64,000 nucleotides of DNA from Nitrospiraceae bacterium. GTDB lineage: Bacteria; Nitrospirota; Thermodesulfovibrionia; Thermodesulfovibrionales; Dissulfurispiraceae. The DNA is taken from NCBI GenBank assembly GCA_021371915.1, contig JAJFVG010000144.1, forward strand, positions 28,328-92,327. Direction: 5' to 3'. Of the stretch, positions 57,210 through 64,000 are shown one piece after another. Both the position numbers and the translations under genes were made by a program. Under the pieces are notes generated by a model. It did no database searches. It had not been told where the DNA came from and saw only the letters and a list, made by a program, of their open reading frames with translations. Position 1 is the first letter of the stretch; every line of letters begins with the position of its first letter.

Positions 57210-59687
57210 GTGAATTTTTCCAGATTCCAAAAGCCCAGCCGTTATTTCAATTCAGAATTTAACAGCATACACAAAAACGGATCAGCTGCTGATTCAGTGA
57301 GGTTCTGTCTTGCGTTCCCTGATGTGTACGAGGTCGGCATGTCGCACCTCGGCATGCGCATACTTTACGACATCGCAAATTCACTGCCCTTCACGTTGTG
57401 CGAAAGGGTTTTTTCTCCATGGACCGACCTCGAAGATCATTTGAGGAAAACAGGGGAACTACTACGAACTCTTGAAAGCGGCACTCAGCTGCGAGACCTG
57501 GACATGATCGGCTTCAGCCTGCAATACGAGCTCTCGTACACAACAGTGCTCAACATGATACACCTGGGCGGCATGCCGGTTTCCAGTGCCGAACGAATCA
57601 ACAGCAGCGCCGAATACCCGATCGTCATCGCTGGCGGTCCGTGCGCATCCAACCCTGCTCCAATGTCAGACTTCATTGACGCATTCATGATAGGCGACGC
57701 TGAGGAGGCGATTGTCGAGATACTGGATGTGATGAGACAGTCCAAGGCTTCTTCAGCATCAACTGAAGAGACGCTCAGGCAGCTCGCAAAAATCAAAGGC
57801 ATGTACGTCCCTCACATCCACGGAAGAGACGCAACCATACAACGACGTTTCATAGAGTCGCTTGAAGATTCTCCATATCCGGTCTGCCCTGTTGTTCCAT
57901 TCGCCCCGATCGTGCATGACAGGGTGACGATTGAGATATCAAGGGGCTGTTCAATGGGGTGCAGGTTCTGCCAGGCAGGAATAATCTACAGACCTGTGCG
58001 CGAGAGGAGTCCGCAAAGGATAATCGAGATAGCAAAAGAATCTCTCAAGAACACAGGATATGACGAGGTATCGCTCTCTTCACTCAGCGCAGGGGACTAC
58101 TCAAGCATGCTGCCGCTCATACAGGACATGAACAGGCAGTTCAGAAAATACAAGACAGCCATATCCCTTCCTTCATTGAGAGTCGGCTCGATCGATCGAA
58201 GGATACTAAAGGAAATAAAGACCACCCGCAAAACAGGCTTCACCATAGCGCCTGAAGCAGCAACGCAGAGACTGCGTTCAGTGATAAACAAGGATTTCAC
58301 TGACGAACAGTACGAAGAGGCGCTGAAGATGCTGTTTGAGGAGGGTTGGATCAACCTTAAGCTCTACTATATGATAGGCCTGCCAACAGAGACAGAAGCT
58401 GACATAGAAGCCATAGGCAGCATGGCCATGCAGGCGCTAAAAACTGCAAAGAAGAATACAGGCAGATTCGTCAACATAAGCATCACGGTCTCTCCATTTG
58501 TGCCAAAGCCGCACACGCCGTTTCAGTGGTATGGACAGATCAGTCTTGATGAGATGAGGCGCAAGTTAAGGTATCTGCGGGAAACTCTCAGCAGCAAAAA
58601 GTTCAAGTACAAGGGCCACAATGAGGAGATGAGTTTTCTTGAAGCAGTATTCTCAAGAGGAGATCATAATCTTTCTCCTCTCATAAAAGCAGCGTGGGAA
58701 GAAGGATGCAGGCTCGACGGATGGACAGAGCATTTTGACTATGGCAAATGGCAAACAGCCATGGAGCGCACAGGGATCGACGGCAGCAGCTATTCTGAAA
58801 AGAGATATCAGCCTGACAGCATCCTGCCGTGGGACATTGTTGATACGGGAGTAAAAAAAGAATTTCTGCTGAGAGAATACGGGAAAGCGGTTGATGAAGA
58901 TATGACCATTGACTGCAGAAAGAGATGCACTGCCTGCGGACTTAAATGCAGCTCTTCTGAACAGACAAAACAATATGAGGCAGGACAGATCGCCGATGCG
59001 CCTGCTGAAGAGTCCGGATCAGACTCAGGCAGACTCATCATACGTTCGCGCTTTTCAAAGACAGGCAGGCTCAAATATCTTTCCCATCTAGAACTTATAA
59101 CAGCAATGCAGAGGGCGCTCAGAAGAGCAGGCGTTCCGGTTGAGTACTCAAAAGGCTTTCATCCAGGCCCCAGAATATCTTTCGGACCGCCCTTGAATGT
59201 AGGAGTTGCAGGATTGAGAGAGTTCTTTGATATGGAGGTTTCAGCCCCATTTGATATAGAATTCTATAAAGAGCGCATCAACTCCACTCTGCCTGAAGGA
59301 CTCAGGATAGATGCGATGAAGGAGATATCGCGCGAGCCGTCGCTCACCAGCTTTGTGAACAGGTACAGGTTCATCGTGCCGATAGAAGATATAAGCACTG
59401 CTGTTGCTGATGAGATCAAAAACGGTTTTTGCGCAGCTGATCAGAATGAACGCTTCACAGCTGAGAGGGATGGCAGGAAGGTCGACCTGTCAGGCTGCGT
59501 GGAATCCATAGACATCATCAGGGAAGCTGAAGGCATGATGGTGCAGTTGATGCTGGTTGATACCGAGAATGTTAAAGTGAGAATTGGCGAGATCATAAGG
59601 GCGCTCTTCAGCGCTGATCCCGCGGAAATAAATATAACCCGAGCCGCGATGTACGGCCGGAAGGACGGATGGGCCGAACCCCTATGA
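57210..59687 (+). CDS. radical SAM protein (TIGR03960-like, B12-binding-like N-domain) fused to a DUF2344 (TIGR03936-like) C-terminal domain
   Basis: KPSRYFNSEFN near the N-terminus and the radical SAM cluster motif CSMGCRFCQAG. The C-terminal ~230 aa (RFSKTGRLKYLSHLELITAMQRALRRAGVPVEYSKGFHPGPRISFGPPL) fit the DUF2344 pattern. The GTG start comes directly after an in-frame stop. Confidence 0.8.
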   Translation: MNFSRFQKPSRYFNSEFNSIHKNGSAADSVRFCLAFPDVYEVGMSHLGMRILYDIANSLPFTLCERVFSPWTDLEDHLRKTGELLRTLESGTQLRDLDMIGFSLQYELSYTTVLNMIHLGGMPVSSAERINSSAEYPIVIAGGPCASNPAPMSDFIDAFMIGDAEEAIVEILDVMRQSKASSASTEETLRQLAKIKGMYVPHIHGRDATIQRRFIESLEDSPYPVCPVVPFAPIVHDRVTIEISRGCSMGCRFCQAGIIYRPVRERSPQRIIEIAKESLKNTGYDEVSLSSLSAGDYSSMLPLIQDMNRQFRKYKTAISLPSLRVGSIDRRILKEIKTTRKTGFTIAPEAATQRLRSVINKDFTDEQYEEALKMLFEEGWINLKLYYMIGLPTETEADIEAIGSMAMQALKTAKKNTGRFVNISITVSPFVPKPHTPFQWYGQISLDEMRRKLRYLRETLSSKKFKYKGHNEEMSFLEAVFSRGDHNLSPLIKAAWEEGCRLDGWTEHFDYGKWQTAMERTGIDGSSYSEKRYQPDSILPWDIVDTGVKKEFLLREYGKAVDEDMTIDCRKRCTACGLKCSSSEQTKQYEAGQIADAPAEESGSDSGRLIIRSRFSKTGRLKYLSHLELITAMQRALRRAGVPVEYSKGFHPGPRISFGPPLNVGVAGLREFFDMEVSAPFDIEFYKERINSTLPEGLRIDAMKEISREPSLTSFVNRYRFIVPIEDISTAVADEIKNGFCAADQNERFTAERDGRKVDLSGCVESIDIIREAEGMMVQLMLVDTENVKVRIGEIIRALFSADPAEINITRAAMYGRKDGWAEPL

Positions 59688-61192
59688 CCGGAGAACTTGT
59701 AATCAATGTTACAAATGAAGAGAGACGGGTAGCCCTGCTGGAAGGCGGGCAGGTGGTTGAGCTTTACATCGAAAGAAAGCGGGACGCATCTCTTGTAGGC
59801 AACATATATAAAGGGAAAATACTCAAGATCCTCCCTGGCATGCAGTCCGCCTTTGTTGACATAGGACTCGAAAAGGCATCCTTTCTCTATGTGGCTGACA
59901 TAAAAACAGAGACTGCCGAGTATTATCCCGCATTCATAGATAACGGCTCCGACATGGTGGACATGGATAGCAATCTTCAGCGGGAAAAGCCCTCTGTCTC
60001 TATTGAGGAGCTTATACAGGAAGGTCAGGAAATACTCGTGCAGGTGGCAAAAGACCCTATCGGCACAAAAGGCGCAAGGGTTACTTCCTATGTGACAATG
60101 CCTGGCAGATATGTGGTGCTGATGCCCAATGTCGAACATATAGGCATATCCAGAAGGCTCGAAAACGAAGAGGTCCGCAATAAGCTCAAAGCGATAGCAG
60201 AGGAGCTGCGGCCAAAAGGATTCGGACTCATCATGAGAACAGCCTGCGAAGACGCAACTTCTGAAGAGATAAAAAAAGACCTCGAATTCCTGCAGCTTCT
60301 GTGGGACAACATACAAAAGAAGAAAGACCGCATAACAGCGCCCAATATACTTTACAATGATTTCGACCTCATCTTCAGGAGCGTGCGCGACATAATGAGC
60401 CATGATGTCAGCAGGCTCATAATTGATTCAAAGGAAGAGTACGAAAAGGTGAAGGAGTTTGTTAAAACATACTTCCCGCGCCTCTCTGACAGGATCGAGC
60501 ACTACAGCGACCGCGAGCCGATCTTCGACGCATTCGGCATAGAGCTGGACATATCACGCGCTCTCGGCAGAAGGGTATGGCTAAAGTCGGGCGGATATAT
60601 TGTTATAGACCAGACAGAGGCCATGACTGTAATAGATGTGAACACAGGCAAGTTTGTGGGCAAAGAAGATCTGGAAGATACGATTCTCAAAACAAACCTC
60701 GAAGCTGTAAAAGAGATCGCTTACCAGATCAGACTCAGAAACCTTGGCGGAATAATAATAATAGACTTCATTGACATGGAGCGGCTCGAAAACAGGGACA
60801 GGGTATTTCATTCATTTGTCGAAGCTATGAAGCGCGACCGTGCAAAAAACACCATATACAACATTTCAGAACTCGGAATAATACAGATGACCAGAAAGCG
60901 CGTGCGCGAGAGTCTAGGCAGGGTACTCTGTGAGCAGTGCCCTTATTGCGAAGGCAAGGGCTTTGTAAAATCACCGCGAACTGTGGTGTACGAGATATTC
61001 AGAAAGCTCAAAAGGATGAACCCGCCGCAGGAATCAGCGGTAATCATAAAAGCACACTCATCCGTGGCTGACCTGCTTTCTGACGAAGAGAGATCAGGCG
61101 CTGAAGAGATAGAGGCAATGCTCGGGATAAAACTGATAGTAAAAGAACACCCCGGCCTGCATCAGGAAAATTTCGAGATATCTATCCTTTAA
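59669..61192 (+). CDS. rng: ribonuclease G / RNase E-G family endoribonuclease
   Basis: S1 domain (VGNIYKGKILKILPGMQSAFVDIG), the catalytic region (VIDQTEAMTVIDVNTGKF, GGIIIIDFIDM) and a Zn-link CPYCEGKG. 507 aa. Confidence 0.9.
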   Translation: MGRTPMTGELVINVTNEERRVALLEGGQVVELYIERKRDASLVGNIYKGKILKILPGMQSAFVDIGLEKASFLYVADIKTETAEYYPAFIDNGSDMVDMDSNLQREKPSVSIEELIQEGQEILVQVAKDPIGTKGARVTSYVTMPGRYVVLMPNVEHIGISRRLENEEVRNKLKAIAEELRPKGFGLIMRTACEDATSEEIKKDLEFLQLLWDNIQKKKDRITAPNILYNDFDLIFRSVRDIMSHDVSRLIIDSKEEYEKVKEFVKTYFPRLSDRIEHYSDREPIFDAFGIELDISRALGRRVWLKSGGYIVIDQTEAMTVIDVNTGKFVGKEDLEDTILKTNLEAVKEIAYQIRLRNLGGIIIIDFIDMERLENRDRVFHSFVEAMKRDRAKNTIYNISELGIIQMTRKRVRESLGRVLCEQCPYCEGKGFVKSPRTVVYEIFRKLKRMNPPQESAVIIKAHSSVADLLSDEERSGAEEIEAMLGIKLIVKEHPGLHQENFEISIL

Positions 61193-61223
61193 TACAGGCT
61201 GCTGCTGAAACAGAACATATCTG

Positions 61224-62021
61224 ATGGAAGACAAATACACAAAACTTCTCAGCATACTCCGCAATTCAGGGTCCGCTGTGATAGCCTTCTCCGGAGGCGT
61301 GGACAGCACCCTGCTGGTAAAGGCTGCTGCTGACTCGGGCATACGGTTTATTGCTGTCACGTCATGCTCGGAGACCACCCCGACACAGGACATCAAAACC
61401 GCTTTTGATACGGCAGCGCTGCTCGGCATGCCGCACAGATTTATAAAAACTGATGAACTCTCAAATCCCATGTTCACAAGCAATCCTGCTGACAGGTGCT
61501 TTCACTGCAAAAATGAGTTGTTCAGCATGCTCAGGAATATTGCTGAATCAGAAAACTACGAGCATGTGTACGATGGATCAAACATTGATGACCTTGATGA
61601 CTGGAGGCCGGGCATGAGGGCAGGCAAAGACAACAGGGTGAGAAGTCCTCTTGTGGAAGCAGGCATGACAAAAGACGAGATACGAAAGATATCAGCAAAG
61701 CTCGGGCTGCAAGGATGGCAGAGGCCGGCATCACCATGTCTTGCGTCAAGGTTCCCTTATGGCGAGCTCATCACACCAGAGGCGCTCAAGGTGGTGCAGC
61801 AGGCTGAAGAGTATCTGCGTGAGCTCGGATTTTCCGAGTTCAGGGTCAGGAGCGTATCCGGATGCGCAAGGATAGAGCTGAAAGAGGATGAAATGCAGCA
61901 GCTCTTTTCTGACAGCACCAGACAGAAGATTGTGGATAAATTAAGGTCTATAGGATTTGATTTTGTATCGCTGGACCTCGAAGGATTCAAAAGTGGAAAA
62001 CTCAACAGAAAAAGAGCTTGA
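61224..62021 (+). CDS. larE: PP-loop ATP-utilising sulfur transferase, LarE family (TIGR00268-like)
   Basis: PP-loop AFSGGVDSTLL, then CFHCKNELF and ASPCLASRFPYGELIT...ARIEL. Confidence 0.8.
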   Translation: MEDKYTKLLSILRNSGSAVIAFSGGVDSTLLVKAAADSGIRFIAVTSCSETTPTQDIKTAFDTAALLGMPHRFIKTDELSNPMFTSNPADRCFHCKNELFSMLRNIAESENYEHVYDGSNIDDLDDWRPGMRAGKDNRVRSPLVEAGMTKDEIRKISAKLGLQGWQRPASPCLASRFPYGELITPEALKVVQQAEEYLRELGFSEFRVRSVSGCARIELKEDEMQQLFSDSTRQKIVDKLRSIGFDFVSLDLEGFKSGKLNRKRA

Positions 62022-63165
62022 GTGCGTAAGGTGCGGAACCTGCAAGGCGCTCTGCCCGACATACAGCGAATCAGGCAATGAGAGCATGAGTCCCCGCGGC
62101 AGGCTCATGCTTATGAATATGCTCCAGCAGGAGGACGACGCAACCCCTGCTGCGATAGACAGGATATTCAGCTGCATGCTCTGCGGGTCCTGCGACAGCA
62201 CATGCCCGCTCGGCGTTGATGTCACATCACGCATATACCAGGCAAGGAGCGAGCTGGCATGCTCAGACAAAAAGCTGCGCGCACTCGGACTTTTTGCAAA
62301 GTACGCTCTCAGATATACATCCCTGGCTTTTCCAATCATGAGATTGATGCAAAAGACAGGAGCGCTGCGCCTTCTCAGCAGAACTGGCCTGACTGGAATA
62401 ATTGATGAGATGGGAATTGAGTTCGCATCCAAAACCCTGCGGGAAGACGGCACGCTTTACAAGACAGGCAGACAAAAAGGCAGAATTGCACTGTTTGCAG
62501 GATGCACGATCAACTACATATACCCACAGATAGGCAGGCAGCTTATAAAAACCCTGACAGCCCTCGGATATGATGTGGTGATACCGAGCGCGGAGGTCTG
62601 CTGCGGCGCGCCTCTACTGTCGCTCGGCATGAAAAAAGAGGCTGCACTGAAAGCTGAACAGAACATAAGGGCATTCGGTAGGCTGAGGGTCGAGGCTGTA
62701 ATAAGCCTCTGCCCGACATGCACGGACTTTCTCAAAAACACATACATGGAACTCATCGGGGAGTGCATACAAAATGCGATGGATTTTTCCGAATTTGTAT
62801 CAGCAAACTCCCTGGCCGGCTCGCTCACCTCATCATCAGCCTACAAGAACAAAAAGATCATGTTCCACGATCCATGCCATTCGCTTTATAAACTGAAGAT
62901 TAAAAAAGAGCCGCGAGAGATACTTGCCGGCACTGGCATCAAGCTTACGGAACCGCGCCAGAGCGGATGCTGCGGCCTTGCAGGCGCATTTAGGGTATTA
63001 TATAAAGACATGTCAGAAAGCATGCTCAACCAGAGAAAACTGGATTATGATGATGCTGATACCATCATCACATCATGCCCGAACTGCATAATACAGCTAA
63101 GGACAAAGCTCAAGGACAAAGAGATAAGGCATATCGCAGAGATGCTCTTGCCCAACAATACATAA
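61993..63165 (+). CDS. (Fe-S)-binding protein with 2x[4Fe-4S] and two CCG domains (GlcF/GlpC/HdrD/LutA-like)
   Basis: CVRCGTCKALCP and CMLCGSCDSTCP, followed by two CCG-type motifs (EVCCGAPL, SGCCGLAG). The start is uncertain: GTG at 61993 with GAAGGA upstream, or the track start at 61957. Either overlaps larE. Confidence 0.8.
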   Translation: MENSTEKELECVRCGTCKALCPTYSESGNESMSPRGRLMLMNMLQQEDDATPAAIDRIFSCMLCGSCDSTCPLGVDVTSRIYQARSELACSDKKLRALGLFAKYALRYTSLAFPIMRLMQKTGALRLLSRTGLTGIIDEMGIEFASKTLREDGTLYKTGRQKGRIALFAGCTINYIYPQIGRQLIKTLTALGYDVVIPSAEVCCGAPLLSLGMKKEAALKAEQNIRAFGRLRVEAVISLCPTCTDFLKNTYMELIGECIQNAMDFSEFVSANSLAGSLTSSSAYKNKKIMFHDPCHSLYKLKIKKEPREILAGTGIKLTEPRQSGCCGLAGAFRVLYKDMSESMLNQRKLDYDDADTIITSCPNCIIQLRTKLKDKEIRHIAEMLLPNNT

Positions 63166-63181
63166 AGGAGACCATAAAGCA

Positions 63182-63886
63182 GTGGACAACAAAACGAGGC
63201 TTAAAAAAATCATATCCGGCAGCAAGCAGGCTGAAGCCTGCACCAGATGCGGAGGCTGCTGCAAAGGCGGCGCGCCATCACTCCTGAAAGAAGACGCGGC
63301 ACTGTTCAACTCAGGCATTCTCAACCAGTCGCATGTCTTCACCATACGCGACAGCGAACTGGTGAAATCACACGATGACAACACCCTGTACGAATCAATC
63401 GAACTCATAAAGGTAAAAGACAAGCCAGGAACAAGTGAATGCATATTTTTTGGTGAAGGCAACATCTGCTCCATATATGAAAACAGACCTGCCCAGTGCA
63501 GGCAGTTCGAGTGCTGGAACCCTGCTGAGGTGCTCAACGGGCTTGAGGCCAACAGGCTCACAAGAGAAGAACTTTTTGCTGAAAGCGATGCCATAATGGA
63601 GATCATCAGGCATCACGAACAGAAGTGCTCTTACATAAGACTCAAAGATGCACTCGACATGATGGCTGCCGGAGAAGAGCTGGCTGTTGACGAACTGATC
63701 GATATGCTCCAGTACGACACTTATGCAAGGCCTTTCATACAGGAGAATTTTTCTATAAGCCCTGACATGTTCGATCTGATACTCGGCAGGCCCATGACCC
63801 AGACCCTTGAGTCCTTCGGATTCAGGGTGATGAATGACGGAGACAACTACATGATATCAACCATACAGGAGGAGACAAAAGAATGA
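63182..63886 (+). CDS. YkgJ-family (UPF0153) cysteine-cluster protein
   Basis: [11 protein letters not shown] (CxxCxxCC) and [29 protein letters not shown] start. Confidence 0.75.
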   Translation: MDNKTRLKKIISGSKQAEACTRCGGCCKGGAPSLLKEDAALFNSGILNQSHVFTIRDSELVKSHDDNTLYESIELIKVKDKPGTSECIFFGEGNICSIYENRPAQCRQFECWNPAEVLNGLEANRLTREELFAESDAIMEIIRHHEQKCSYIRLKDALDMMAAGEELAVDELIDMLQYDTYARPFIQENFSISPDMFDLILGRPMTQTLESFGFRVMNDGDNYMISTIQEETKE

Positions 63887-64000
63887 AATTTTTTATCGAC
63901 ACGGCAAATGTTGATGAGATCAGAAAGGCCTTTGAGCTTGGGGTGATCGACGGAGTCACAACAAATCCGTCTCTCATCGCAAAGGAAAAGAGATCGCCTG
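63883..64000 (+). CDS. tal: transaldolase / fructose-6-phosphate aldolase (short type 3B), N-terminal fragment running off the window
   Basis: [36 protein letters not shown] is the canonical N-terminus. ATGA overlap with the ykgJ-like stop. Confidence 0.85.
   Translation, partial: MKFFIDTANVDEIRKAFELGVIDGVTTNPSLIAKEKRSP

Overview
The window is a dense chromosomal segment from a bacterium. Gene content suggests an anaerobic Nitrospirota- or Desulfobacterota-like lineage, but that is only an inference. I count about 57 protein genes and 2 tRNAs. I found no rRNA, CRISPR array, transposase, prophage or recognisable defence system. Most genes are housekeeping: rpsB-tsf-pyrH-frr, truA, murA, relA/spoT, rng, purC/purE, glgC/glgP, a class A PBP, xerD, mscL and a Lon-like protease. 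Six things stand out. (1) A rhodanese gene at 34569-34922 is split in the ORF track by two in-frame TGA codons. They fall exactly where homologues carry the Cys-x-Cys of the catalytic loop, so this is a candidate U-x-U selenoprotein. (2) A nitrogen-assimilation supercluster at 20974-32599 contains an archaeal-type NrpR repressor next to P-II. It also holds gdhA, a stand-alone GltS FMN-domain paralogue, a degenerate KaiC-like/XRE/cupin regulator and a three-gene split (archaeal-type) glutamate synthase, with several perfect palindromes in its intergenic regions. (3) An unannotated 44-codon ORF directly abuts the frr stop codon. (4) Four operon heads have a -10 box 6-9 nt upstream of the ATG and no Shine-Dalgarno, which suggests leaderless mRNAs. 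(5) Histone H1-like Lys/Ala-rich sequence appears three times: as a stand-alone repeat protein, and as N-terminal tails on a DksA-like protein and on PyrH. (6) Several Cys-rich or fusion proteins have unclear roles: a MerR with an 8-Cys tail, a DHH-CBS-nucleotidyltransferase coupled to P-II, a radical-SAM/DUF2344 fusion next to rng, and a LarE/CCG/YkgJ trio. All functional calls rest on motifs I recognise in the translations. No database search was possible.
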